DNA of 64,000 bases from the human T2T-CHM13v2.0 reference genome, Homo sapiens (GCF_009914755.1 NC_060939.1); one strand, 5' to 3'; shown: positions 37,922 to 50,654, counted from the first letter of the stretch. Translations and numbers: made by a program. The notes: generated by a model not told the origin, from the sequence alone.

Positions 37922-38285
37922 GGAAATTCCGACACATGCTATGGCACAGATGAACCTTGAGGACATTATGCTAAGTGAAATCAGCCAGTCAGAAAGGGAC
38001 AAATACTGTATGATTCCAATTATATGAAGCACAGAGTAGTCAAATTCATAGAGACAGAAAGCAGATTGTTGGTTGCCAAGGGCCAGGGAAGCGGGCAACG
38101 GGGAGTTAGTGTTCAGTGAGGACAGAGTTTCAGTTGGGGAAGATGAAAAAGTTCTGAAGATGGATGATGGTGATGTTTGCACAACAATGTGAATGTACCA
38201 ATGTTACCAAATTGCACATTTAAAAATGTTAAAATGAGTAATTTTATGTTATGTATCTTTTACCAGGACTTTTTAAAGAAAGAAT
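37922..38285 (+). mobile_element. L1MB-type 3' end
   Basis: gatgaaccttgaggacattatgctaagtgaaat...gtagtcaaattcatagagacagaaag...gatgaaaaagttctg...aattttatgttatgtat. Confidence 0.88.
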
Positions 38286-38799
38286 TTGTAGCCAACACTT
38301 AGTTTGAGAAGCACTGACCTTAAGGGTCCCGAGCTAGTTTAGGAGCGTAGGCATATTTCTGAGCTGGTTAACATTCTATTTTAATCTGCAGATAGCTTAA
38401 AGCCAAGTCGGCCTGGGGTCCCACACACCATTCAAGATAAGAACACGCTGGACTTGGCAGAAGCTACAGCTGGTGATGGGCCAGCTTGGTTCCAGCTGCC
38501 TTCATCACTCAGGCCTCTCTGTAGTCCTGCCTTGTGCCCAGTGTCTGGGGAGTAGGGGAGCAATTCTGCAAAAGAGCAGGACAGTGTGTACCGGGCTTTG
38601 ACTTATCCTGCACTTTGTCCTAAGTGCGTGGATAACACCAGTTTGGTGGAATACATGATAACGTGGAAAATAATGGGAAACGGAAGAGCAGCCTTCTCCC
38701 TCATCTCTACCCCAGGCCTTCTGGAGGGCAGGCTCAGGCCCAAAACCAAAATGCCATTCTGTAGCCTGGAACCCAAAATGCAAAGCACCCTGGGATGGG

Positions 38800-39230
38800 A
38801 GGCAGAGAAATGGGACCCAGGAAATACAATAATTAAATCATACAATGAAAGCTTAAATTTCCAAGTTAATTCTTGGGCATCGTTTATAAAAGTTAACAGG
38901 GCATATTTAATTTAGGAATTGGCTCACGTCCTTCTCCGTACAGCTGAAATCTCATAAATGAAGTATACTGGATCATTTCCCAGTGCGGAAATAAAAGTTG
39001 TGAATAATGTTTCTATCTCAATCATTGTCAGTGCTTTAATATTCCTAATTACTTTAAAAAGCTAGATATTCAATATAGGAAAACTTTCTTCCTTTTTATC
39101 TCCACTTGTGAGATTAGTGCAATTTAATAAGAGTCACTCTGTCGTCTTTATTCAGTATAAACTGACATTTCATTCTTTTACTCTTCATTATTATATGGGA
39201 TGGAGGTTTATGACCAGGCATGCAGCCACT
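38800..39230. promoter_or_regulatory. candidate conserved non-coding/enhancer element
   Basis: sharply bounded AT-rich unique sequence with dense homeodomain-type sites. Confidence 0.5.
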
Positions 39231-39519
39231 CCATTTCCCCATAGTGGTCCGTCTAACAGCCCAGAATTATCTGATAGTTGGTGTGTCAGCCCACCAGGCA
39301 AATCAGCATCATCTCTCTTCCTTTATGGAGCAGAAAGAAATTAGTCCAGGCCTTAAAAAATTTCAGCTAGGGGCTTATAAGTCAGTAAAAGAATGAGAAG
39401 TCCCCACCCAACCCCGGTACTACATTTATCCCCTTCACTGCTGTCAAAGTCATAAATCCATTGGCAGCCACAAAGGGCAGGGCAGGGTAGGGGCAGGGAG
39501 TTGGATGATGGATCTTCAA

Positions 39520-40320
39520 AACCCTCCCTGCCACTTCCAGGAATTTATCCTAAGAAGAAATTGGGACAAGTGGGCAAAGACATATGCATAAGAAGAATCA
39601 CTACAGCATTTTTACACAGGGCCACAATCCAAAAATCCCTAAAAAGTCCAAAACATGTTTTAAAAAATTCAGCACCAAAATCCATTTAGAGGCAAAATCT
39701 GCATGAAACCGATTTGAGGTTATATATTGCCTTTATGTCACTAGATGTGATCAGTCATATGTCACTTCAGAAATATCACTGTTTCACCCAGGGTGCTGCC
39801 CAGACCCCCATGGGGGCATATGTCACACACAACATACTCACCACATGCTTTCTAAACTCTGAAAAATTCTAAATTCTGAAGCCAGCAGGCCCCACGGATC
39901 TTGGAAAAAGGACGGTAGGCCTATGACAGTGAAGAATCAGAAACAACCTCAATGTCCATCAACAAGGGACTAGTTAAATGCATGTGGTAATCCATAGAAT
40001 GAAATTCTGTAAGGCCATTACAAATCTAGAGGAGATTCACGTTTATTAACAAGAAAATGAGTGCATGACATAAAGTTAAATTTAAACAGCAAGTTATAGA
40101 CTAGCTCATATATTTGATCTAAATAATAAAAGTTATATCCAGATCTAGCCCAATGTGCAAATGTATAGAGGAATGGCAGGAAGGATAAGCACCCAAATGC
40201 CAGCAGTGGTTATCTCTGGGGTGGAGAGTTAACCTTTTTTGTCTAACTTTTGCTACAGTTTGATTTTTCTTTTTAACATGAACAGGTATAACTTAAGAAC
40301 CAGAGAGAAAAAAACAAACA
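39520..40320 (+). mobile_element. old L1 (L1ME-type) 3' fragment
   Basis: ccacttccaggaatttatccta...gaaacaacctcaatgtccatcaaca...cagtggttatctctggg. Confidence 0.75.
39617..39923. mobile_element. old TcMar-Tigger-type MITE nested in L1ME (family tentative)
   Basis: cagggccacaatcc start; ctttctaaactctgaaaaattctaaattctgaa...ggcccc...ggcctat end; interrupts colinear L1. Confidence 0.55.
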
Positions 40321-40664
40321 AGAATGATGCTTTCAATTAAACAAAACCAAAGCTTCTCTGAAAGGGTGTCACACATATAGACCCCACTCAGTGATCTCCA
40401 GAGACCACACTGAAGAGGGACCAAGATACTTGTCTCCACAGATTTGGGCCCACAAAGACCCTAAGGCACTGCAGAGAGCACACTGGCAGATAGACCCCCA
40501 AATAGCATGTAGCAAGCAGGCTCAAATTACTTGAGGAAAGCTGGTAACAATTTGCGTCCCATGGCCGACTCCTCTATCTCCACAGCAATATCTCAGGGCC
40601 ACATCTTTTAAGCAGAGCTCACTTTTCCCTATGAACAACCATGTTTTCTCATGACAGATCAATT

Positions 40665-41500
40665 TCAACCTTGGACTATATTAACAGAGGTTGAGCATCC
40701 AGAAGGAGGTAGAGTTATAAGTTACAATTGTATAAATAATTAAGAGTTCAGGTTCAGGACATAGGTTTTTGCTTGGGTGATAGTCCCAGACTTACCATCA
40801 ACTAACTGTGTCTGCTGGAAGTTCTTTAACCTCTCTCTGCTTCAACTTGCTCCTTTGTAAAATGGGGATAAATAACAATTCCCATACTATAAGTTTGTTG
40901 TGAAAATTAAACAAGTGGATAAGTAAATAAAGCACTCAGTGCATAGTAAAATTCAATATATAGTAGCTATCTCCACTATCATTTTTCCATACTGGTCACA
41001 CCAAGCTCGCAGTTGTGTGGCCAGATCTAGGAGTGAGCATTTAAGAGGAATAAAGGCCACGGCCAACGGAGAGAAACCAGATGGGAAAGGTAGTCCCGAT
41101 GACATCAGGTGAGAAGCAAGGGAGCTTGGAGAAGAAACACTTGGGGAGGAAAATGATCACTATCTTCTAATACCTGACCCATTGGAGGGTCTCTGGTTTC
41201 TTCTGTGCAGCCTCAATGGCTATTATCAACTGCTCTGAGATGATCATTTCTATACACACAGACTGTGGTCTTATCCAATGAGGTCCTTGGAAGAAATTCC
41301 AGGGACAAGGAGCATCATGGTCATCCATCACCCTGCCCTGGACTTTATTATGAGCAAGAACCAATCAGTAGAAGTTAAAGGTAGATTTCCACTGCAGAGA
41401 AGGGAAAACTTTCCAACAATGAGAATGGGCTTCCGAAAGAGGTAGTGAGCTCCTTGTCAGTGGAGGTATTCAAGCAAAGGTTGGAAAGCTCTTAGCAGAG
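40665..41500 (+). mobile_element. L3/CR1 LINE fragment (interrupted)
   Basis: cttggagaagaaacacttgggg...atgatcactatcttc...aaaactttccaacaat...ggtagtgagctccttgtcagtggaggtattcaagca. Confidence 0.75.
40735..40975 (+). mobile_element. MIR SINE nested in L3
   Basis: ttaagagttcagg...tttaacctctctctgcttca...tgtaaaatggggata...ttgttgtgaaaattaaa. Confidence 0.8.
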
Positions 41501-43601
41501 CATCTAAACATTCAGTGCTCTGAATGACACTGAAGGTGAGAATCTATGAATTGCTTTAATTCAATGCTGCTGTCCCTCAAACAGGGTTGGAACCCCTTTT
41601 AGAACTTCCCATGGGTTCAATAGCACATGCCTTTGAGTAGATCCAAAAGTCATGGCTCTTCAACCAATGAGGGTGGATTTAATTGAGAGCAAAGAGCTTT
41701 TGGGTTGCTTAGCACCAAGTCTGGTGACTGAATGGGAGGAGTTAAATCAGACAGCCTAGTTCTGTGCTATAAAGTAACAAGTCTGTTTCCCTGCTTGCTT
41801 GGTAAATTCACTCTGGGGGGCAAGTCATACTCTAAACTGCCTAGTCCTGTTCATCAAATGCCACCTTTGTTCCATCTCTTTCATTAGGCCAGAAACCCTG
41901 AAAAGACACAGACCATGTCTAAAAAACCCTCCAGGGCCCTCCCCACGGCCCAGCACAGTCCCGAGCATAGAGCGAGCACTAAACACAGTTGCACTCACTG
42001 GTGGTTTCTATATACTCAGGGCCCCGGGGGACCCAGGCTGTATTTCAACCTCCAATAGGCTGCCTTCAGCATTATAATCCAGCAGCAGCAGGCAGACCCA
42101 TCCCAGCAGGGCTGACCTAATCCAAGTCAGATATTCCTTCCTCAAAGATTCCTTGTAAGCCAAGTTACGCAAAACAAAACACAGATAAGGGCGGGGGAAG
42201 CCCAGACATTTTACCCAGTGTGTTTTGCAGCTCAAGTCCACAGAAAGACTGGTTGGACATCTTCCTTTATTTAGCTCACCTGTGCCTCAGTTTACCTTTC
42301 ATTGTCTGGCCCTGTTTCCCAGTCATGGCTCACTCAAAGCAGTAGGACAAGTGGAAGGAGGAGGCCACTGTGGTCACTGGAGGTCCTAACACATTAGGGG
42401 GTTTCTTGGATACCTCAAACAGATCATGGACTCCCTGAGCTAAGATAATCACCCAGGCTCAAAACAAAGCCACATACTGGCTTTGGCCAGAATGTTCTCA
42501 TGCACTGCATAGACAGAGAGGCTCCAGTCAAGGCCTTTGGGAAAACAAACAAAAAAACATAACTAGATATTTCCACTGCAGCAGAGAGAGGGGAAAAGGA
42601 CAATAGCACTACACTGGGCCAACATGGACCCAACATTCTCCTAAGTTTTCATGACTATGGTAGTCAGGTATGGGATGGGGAACATGGAGGTGGCTCCCCA
42701 AGATGGGCGAATAATCGGGCTTAGATCCCTAGTGGAGCCGCTTGGCTATGTTATCCACTCAGGTCACCATAAAGAGACTCTACTCCAACTCAAAGCAGGA
42801 GGAAATTTGGGCTTCAACCTTAGTCAAGTCCTCTTTGAAAATCAAACAAGACCATGATATTAACCAACCCTTGACTGCATAATGTGCCAAGTCATCTGCA
42901 AATATTTGGGGGCAATAAACCAGAGGGGAAGGAGGATTCATCTTCATCTGGGTTCTTGGCAGAGAATTCCCTGAACTGCTGCCAGGTATGCCTTACCCTC
43001 TTGGTGGCCAGCCCCACAGTAGAGACAATGCACCATGCCACTGTGGGTCACTGGGCCAGCCTGGAGAGCATCCACCTCACCCCAGGCTCAGTAGGAAGGC
43101 TTCCCTGGAGAAGGTGAACCATCCATCCACAAAAATGTAGGAACACAAGGACCTGCCCCTGCGAGTGTCCTGTTCTAATTTTGGGGACACAGAGACATCC
43201 CAAATGTCCACCAGTCTCACAAATCACTTCCTCTGAGCCTCTGTGGGCACCCACAAAACTGAGCTTTTGGACCAGTGAACCTGGGGACCAGGGCTAGACG
43301 ACGGCGACCTCCTCAGTGTGTACTCCTGGGCACTGTGTCAATTTCACATCAACCATCAAAGACCATATCTAGAGGTGTTCCATCAAAAGTCAGAGTTGTC
43401 CAGATGATCCCACAATTCCCTACACATACAACACACAATGCCCTCACAGGCCCCCATAAATCACCATCCCTCAAGTGCCACCATGTTTTAACTGTAGGTA
43501 TACCTCCTCCCTGATGTTCACACAGGCCCAGGTAGCCCACCCCAAGTCGCCCCAGCACAACACAAAAATGTAGCATGCACACACCACAACCCACTCCCCT
43601 A

Positions 43602-43802
<201 letters not shown>

Positions 43803-44877
43803 TCAAGGAGCATAATCCATTTTGTCACAACTCCCTGGTGCCCAGGGATGCTTAGAACGCATGACTGGCTTGGGGGGGAAAATCAAGCTACACCTGACCT
43901 GAGTTATTTAATTAACTCCAGAATGGATCCTACAAGAGTACATTTCATCCCAGCTCATTTCTTAAAATGAAACCCAAGCTGGAGAAGCGGTAACTTCGTT
44001 GGCTTTTTGAGAACATTTCCTGCAACGTTTAACAACAGAGACCGCCGCAAACCTCAGCTCCTAAATCCACACCCCTGCTCTCTTTCCCCATCTGCTTAGG
44101 AAATGATCTGTCCCTTGTATCTTCTGCTTTCCCTAGTATCCTTCTGAAAAGGCCCCAAAATGTATCAGCCTGCCTGAAAAGAAGGTCCCTTCTCACTTTT
44201 CCCCCCACCTTTCTGCCCTCCTCCCCAAATGTCCCTATTTTGGGGCTCTCAAATGTCAGCAAATCTGCAAAGTACACACATGCAGAGGAAAAAAGCAACA
44301 GCTAATTATAAGAAAGTAATTAAGAGAGACATCCACGATGATGATAATTGTAATTAGAAAGTGCCTGGCAATTTCTTATCACGCAGTTGAATGCTGCAGC
44401 CTCCTGAGGTGGGAGGTTACAGCGGCAGGCAGTTTCCCTCAACCACTCTGGTGCTGAGGCTTATTGACAGCAGTTTGAGGAAGGGAAATTATTTTTCTCT
44501 TTCTTTGACAGAATCCACATTTCCTCAAGGTCATCTTTTGCTCCTGAAAGATCTGCCCCACCATCTAAGCCATCAGTGAAGGATTACAGAAAGCCCCCAT
44601 GTGCCACCTCCACCAAGTCTGAAAGCTCAGGGAATCAGCAGTTACCATCAACCCTGTCAATTCCTTAGACCAGATCTAGATGGTTTTTTGTTTTGTTTTG
44701 TTTTTCCCGAAAGCAAGAGACTTCTCTCTGCCCAGTACTGGCCTGGGCTAGGGGAGCAGATGGTCCCCTTTGATGGCCTCCCACCCACTGCCTGGCCTAA
44801 ATGCCCACTGGGAAGATGCTGTTGGGTTAAACAACAAGGCTCATTTTATGGCTGATGTGGTCCTCTGGCCCCTCCTA

Positions 44878-44912
44878 AGCACAGAAACTGACCCCGAAGC
44901 TGCTGCCTTAGC
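44878..44912 (+). repeat. 35-bp perfect inverted repeat, arm 1
   Basis: agcacagaaactgaccccgaagctgctgccttagc is the exact reverse complement of 46240-46274. Confidence 0.97.
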
Positions 44913-45574
44913 TTTGCCCAGGCCCCAGGCAAGGTAGACCCCAGAAGAGCCATTTCACATGCCCCACTGGTCAGTGGTCTGGAGTCAGCCTGTCCACTGC
45001 AAGCCTGGGTTGTGGTGTGTCTGGAGATCCCTAGCACCTGGGTCCTTCTGATTGCCACAGGTAGCCTTCGGGGAGGGTTGTGGTGCTTCCCCAGTGCTGG
45101 AGCCCCGCTCGCTTGCAGCCCTGAGAAGCGGCTAACCCAGTGCTGGAGAACCCAGTGGGCCTTGACCCCAGGGAACAGCTCCACTTAGAACCACAATGTG
45201 CTGCTCACGCGGCAGCTAGCAAGACTGTCAGTCCTGCTGCCCGGGCTCCCCCTGTTCTCACTGGACTTTCCAAACAAGCTCAAATGGGTCAGTGCCCCCA
45301 GGACACACCAGTGTCCATCCTCTGGCTCCCCATGGGATGCCAGCCCCTCAGCCCAGCCAGCTCCCAGCCCTGGCCTCAGCTGCTCCCTGTCCCTCATCCC
45401 CACCCCCACAGGCTGAGGTCCCTGCATGCTCCACAGCTGGGCTCATCCGTGTTACAGCTTGTCACATTAGCTCACTAACACCGCCAACTGTTTTCTGACT
45501 GCAGAGAGCAGGACCTTGATCCCTGGGGTCTCTGCCGAGGGCGGTGAAATCAAGCAGTGACTTGCAACCTGCCG

Positions 45575-45665
45575 AGTGTCAGGGCTCGAAGAGACTTAAG
45601 AGAAAATCATGTCCTGGCCCATTGTTTTATACCTGGAGAAGCTGAGGCCTGAGCGTTCATGGCCC
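45575..45665 (-). mobile_element. MIR3-like fragment
   Basis: gggctcgaagagactta...cccattgttttata...gaagctgaggcc. Confidence 0.5.
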
Positions 45666-46239
45666 CTTGGGCAGTGTGTGGCCTCTCAGACAGGGAGGAA
45701 GGAGCTTGGGGTGGCTCCTGGAGCTAGAGGCCTCTGAAGGTGGAGAGAGCCCAAGGCTGTGGGGACTTCACATTTTGCCCAGGCTGGATAGCCTCCCCCG
45801 CCCACATGGCTCAGGGGCTGGCGGTGGGGCCGTTCCAGAGGGAACAGCAGAGGGGTGCTGTGACAGGCCCACAAGAAGGTCAGTGGTGACCAGAGACAGA
45901 GGGTGGAGGAGCTGCTTCAACATGCTCAGCACCACACAGGTTAGGGATAGGGTGGAGGGCAGGTAATTTGAGAAGGAAGACCACCCAATGACCAGCCTGC
46001 CCCCTGCTCCCGATCCTAGAGACCCAGCCCATCTGCCTACCACCTGTGCCTTCTCCAAGCTGGGGGGGAACAGCCTTCCGGTGCTCTGAGCAAGCTCCAC
46101 ACTGCACTGCCTTTTCCCTTGGTCACTTCCCAAAGCCCCAGAGACCAGCAGGACAGTCTGCAGAACACCGCCCCCCACACTGCAGACACAGACCTCAGCT
46201 CAGTCCTGTATCCAGCCCCTAGACCCTGGTAAGGACTCT

Positions 46240-46274
46240 GCTAAGGCAGCAGCTTCGGGGTCAGTTTCTGTGCT
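46240..46274 (-). repeat. 35-bp perfect inverted repeat, arm 2
   Basis: gctaaggcagcagcttcggggtcagtttctgtgct. Confidence 0.97.
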
Positions 46275-46971
46275 ACTCATGGAGGACGGTCATCCCACAG
46301 TCCCTTAGCTTGACCCCAGGGATGCAGGTGCATCTCCCTCCTTTCCTCATCGTCCTGGTATTTTGCCTGCACTATTTGCTTGTCAAAACCTCAATCCATT
46401 CATATTTCGTAAGTGTTGTTTGAAGCATGAAATATTGATAGCAAATACCCGAGGCTCAGGCTGCCGTATTTGGCAATTGGGCCACCGCGTGTTTGGACAC
46501 CTGGTGGGGAGGGGCTGGGGGTGCTGCGGGGAGAGTCTCCTAGGGAGGATGGAGGTGGCCATCCCTGGCGCTGGGGCGGCTGACTCCTATGCCAGCAGCT
46601 GGCAGCCCATCTCCAGAGGCCTGGGGTTACTCAGCTGCTGCTCCTAGAGCGTGTGGGTGCCCTAAGCTCTTTCAGACCACAGACCCCCATGCCAGTGACT
46701 GCCTGGGAGGGGTTGGGTTAGGGTGCTGCCACCCTGGCCTCCTTCTTGGAAACTTACAACTCTAAACAGAGTGTTTTGTCAAGTCCCTCTTCACACTGCT
46801 GCACATCCATCTGCTGTCGTGGACAGGGCAGCTGGTTGGGCTCTGACAGCACCAGCCGTGTGATGGGGCCAGCCACTCACCCTCTCCTGGCCCCACCAAG
46901 AAATATGAACTGCACTCTCACCACCCTGCTTCAGTCCTGCTTCTGACCTCCCAGTGTGCTAGAAGCCTTCT

Positions 46972-47014
46972 AGCGAGACTCCATCTCAAAAAACTACAAA
47001 AAAAAAAAAAAAAA
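46972..47014 (+). mobile_element. extremely 5'-truncated Alu (last 16 nt plus A tail)
   Basis: agcgagactccatctc followed by an A-rich tail; candidate TSD agaagccttct / aaatgccatct. Confidence 0.8.
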
Positions 47015-47134
47015 TGCCATCTGTTTCTTGGTTGGGACTCTAACTGGTCCAGGAGCCAAGCCGAGGTTTGCACCCACACGTGTGATGCCAAAAGCCTGCT
47101 CGCACAGGGTAAGATGAGTAAGATCCAGCAGCAG

Positions 47135-47255
47135 ATCTGTCACTGACTTGCTGTGAGAACTTAGCTCATCTCCCTCCCTCCTCAGGGTCTGTTTGTCTGT
47201 CTGTGAAATGAAAGGGTTGGATGACAGGATCTAAATGTTCCCTCCAGCTCTGGGA
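47135..47255 (+). mobile_element. MIR3-like SINE
   Basis: cactgacttgctgtg...tctgtgaaatgaaagggttgga...ccctccagctct. Confidence 0.65.
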
Positions 47256-48330
47256 GTAAAAGCCTCCATGATAGCAACTGCCAACTTCTTTGGCTGACTG
47301 ATTCAAGCTAAGTTTGAGAGGAATTTGTTCCACAAATGCAGGATAGAGCTTGGCCCGGGAACAAACGTGTTCAGAGGTACAGATGGAAGGCCAGGGCATC
47401 AGTTCTGGGGCAGCAGGTGAGCTTGCATAAGCAGGCCAGGACCCAGGACAGCGATCTTGGCACCAAGCAAAGGTGTGTGTGCGTCAGACTTGGGGTCTCC
47501 TCTGCAATCAAGCTGCTCAGATAACACTGGCCCTTCCCTAACCAAAGGTGGCCCCATCTGCTGTCCCCAGCTCATGGAAGCCCTCTGAATCAATTCTCCC
47601 TTCTATTGGGCCTCCACCCAAGATGACCCACAAGTCCCTGAGGTGCCTGTGGTCATATATTTTGCCTGGAAGTTTGCAAATGGTCTTACTAGTTAATGGA
47701 ACTATAAAAATTACTTACATGAAAGGGTCAGGATAAATAAAGACAACTTCCACGCCCCCTGGCCAACTAGCCTGACATTCAGCTAAGATCCAAGAAGGCT
47801 GGGAGGTCAGGGAAAGGGTGGTAGCCTCCCAGAATCCTCCAGCATATCATCTCCAGAGCCACCCCCGAACCCAGTCTCCCCAGTGCTCCAAGGCACATTG
47901 ATCAGTCTGCCATTAGCATTCTTGGCAAGAGGTCTCAGATCAGGCTGTCATTGGATTCAGCTTGGAAATAAAATGACCTACATCCACGTGGACCCAAGTG
48001 CCAATTCTGAGGTGACATGCTTAGCATGAGTGATTCTGCCATGCCCAAGGTCACACGGCATGTGTGTACGTATTAGTGTGTGTCTGTGTCTGTAGTGGGG
48101 CTCAGGGAGTCACCAAGGGGAATTCTAAAACACTTCATCAGATGTGTACCACTCATTCTTTACAGTTCCCAGCCCTCAGTCCCCTCCATAGCCAGGAAGA
48201 ATAAAAATGGCTGGTCCTTTCCTCAGCCCACCTAGAGTTGGCTTTTAATTGCTGTGGCCACATTGGGCTTCCATATATGAAGAGACAATTATTGTTTTAA
48301 CAAGCAGCACTTCCCCAGCAAGGCTGATAA

Positions 48331-48764
<434 letters not shown>

Positions 48765-48789
48765 TGATTTGTATTCCAAGGCAGCAATG

Positions 48790-48960
48790 CATTAAAAGCC
48801 AAGGTCCCTGCTCTGCCACTCATTAGCTGCATGTCCTTGAGCAACCTCTCTGGTCCTGTTTCCCCTTCTGTAGAATGGCTGTTGACTTGGTTATTGCACA
48901 GAGTAAATGAGTTAACTCATGCAAAGCACCAAGTACCAGGGGTTAGTTATAACTGTTGCT
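48790..48960 (+). mobile_element. MIR SINE
   Basis: gctctgccactcattagctg...aacctctctg...taaatgagttaa. Confidence 0.75.
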
Positions 48961-49679
48961 TTCTTTTTAAAATGTTGCTGTTGTTATTAATATTCCTCTT
49001 CCCAGGACTGGGCTGGGGAGCTGGGGTACCATGGCCCCTGAGCATGCTCAGGCTCATTTCCAGCTCAGAGGATGATAGAATGGCCTGCGTTAGGCAGGGA
49101 GCGGGTGGGGAGGAAGGAGCCCTGGTAAAACTAGAAGGGCTGGGACTGGGAGTGGGGAAGGAGACACAGTCCAGAGTCAACTCACTGGTGAATGATCATC
49201 TACCAGGGCAGCACTGGGCATAGCCCTTTCCGTGTCTGGTCCTCAGAGAAGAGGAGCGTGGAATGAAAGGAGGCCCCAGTCCCACCTTCAGGCGCTTTGT
49301 CTCATGAAGCCCCAGTGGTTGCGCTTTGGGGGGGGAAATGTGAGCTTGTACCCCAAGGTCCCCCTGCCCCCGCGCACGCTCTGCCCATTCATGCAGTACC
49401 ATGTACATGTGCATTCACTCTACCAGTGTTTACCGGGCACCTCCTGTGGGCTGGGCTCTGTGGGCAGGGGTTAGATAGAGGAGTCCAAAATACAGAGAGG
49501 GCCAGGCCTTGCCCTGCCTCCTGGTCTTCTGGGCGGTGAATCCTCCCCCTACCTGCTCCTGACGCTTCCCCTAAAGAGCAGGGGCCTGGAGTGCCGCAGG
49601 GAGAATTCTCTCTCTCCGGCACCCCATAGAGAGCTGTCCAAAGAGGGACAAGGGCCGCACTTCAATTCCCACAGGCCAG

Positions 49680-49915
49680 GGTGTAAGGTCAGAGAACAGA
49701 CCGGGAGCCAGGCTGTCGGGACTCAGGCTTGGATTCTGCTACTTCCCGGTTGCAAGCCGTGGGTTACTCAGGCAAGTTATTTAACCTCCCTCAGTTTTTT
49801 TCACCTGTGAAACATGGACAATGGTCCCTTACCTCACACATTCATTGCAAGACTAAATCATTAACACTTGTAAACTGCTGAGAACAATGCCTGGCACATG
49901 GGAACCTCACTATGT
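49680..49915 (+). mobile_element. MIR SINE
   Basis: ggagccaggctg...ggcaagttatttaacctc...cctgtgaaacat...gaacaatgcctggcacat. Confidence 0.75.
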
Positions 49916-49924
49916 TTTTCAAAG

Positions 49925-50455
49925 TCATTCATTCCTCTGAGCAGTCACTCACTCCCAAAGCATTTATTAAGCACCTACTATGTGCCAGATGCTGTGCTGG
50001 GAATACCATAAGCAAATAAGTCACAGTTCCTTCTTTCGTGGTACCAACAACCTGATGGCAGGAAAGGGAGACGGCACCTGAATGAGTGAGTGAGCCACTG
50101 GATGGGTGGGTGGGTGGGTGGGTGAGTGGGTGAGTGAGCGAGCATGTGGGTGGGTGGGTGAGTGAGTGGGTAGGTAGGTGAGCAAGCGTGTGAGCCAGTG
50201 AGTGAGTGGGTGAACAGGCGGGTGAGTGAGCCAGTGAGTGGGTGGTGGGTGGATGGGCACGTGGGTGGGTGGGTGAGCGGGTGAGTGAGCCAGTGAGTGG
50301 GTGATCCAGCGAGCAAGGGCACTGGAACATTACTGGTGCTGAAATCATAGCCAGTTCAGAGTGCAGGATGGGCCCTGAGAGAGTAGACACTTCTTCCACA
50401 TGTCAGGGACAGGGGAAGACATAGGAAGAGCTTCACAGAGAAAGTGACACTTGTC
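49925..50455 (-). mobile_element. L2 3' end interrupted by a G-rich repeat
   Basis: cattcattc...catttattaagcacctactatgtgccag...gcttcacagagaaagtgacacttg. Confidence 0.7.
50081..50305 (+). repeat. (GGGT/GAGT)n complex simple repeat
   Basis: gggtgggtgggtgggtggg and gagtgagt units, with gagccagtgagtg recurring three times. Confidence 0.92.
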
Positions 50456-50654
50456 TGTGTGACTCCTTCAGCCTCCTTCATCAGGCCCTCACTTCTCCAG
50501 CCTGCTGCTCCGGACGGCTGCCCTCTCATCTTTGGCACTGGAACTTCAGGTTGTGAATGAGCCCCTGCCCTCCCCACACTGGGCCTTCAAACAGCCTGGA
50601 ACTCCATCTACAACCTGCATCTCCAGCTCTCCCACCACTTACTTGTGTACATTT

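Noticed and set aside
44878-46274. 35-bp inverted arms as TIRs of a young DNA transposon
   Set aside because: No TSD outside the arms, no known TIR signature, no transposase, and the interior contains an ancient MIR fragment.
49929-50399. His/Pro/Thr/Ser-rich ORFs (also 25201-25649 and 2107-2428)
   Set aside because: Translations of (GGGT/GAGT)n and (GGAT)n repeats.
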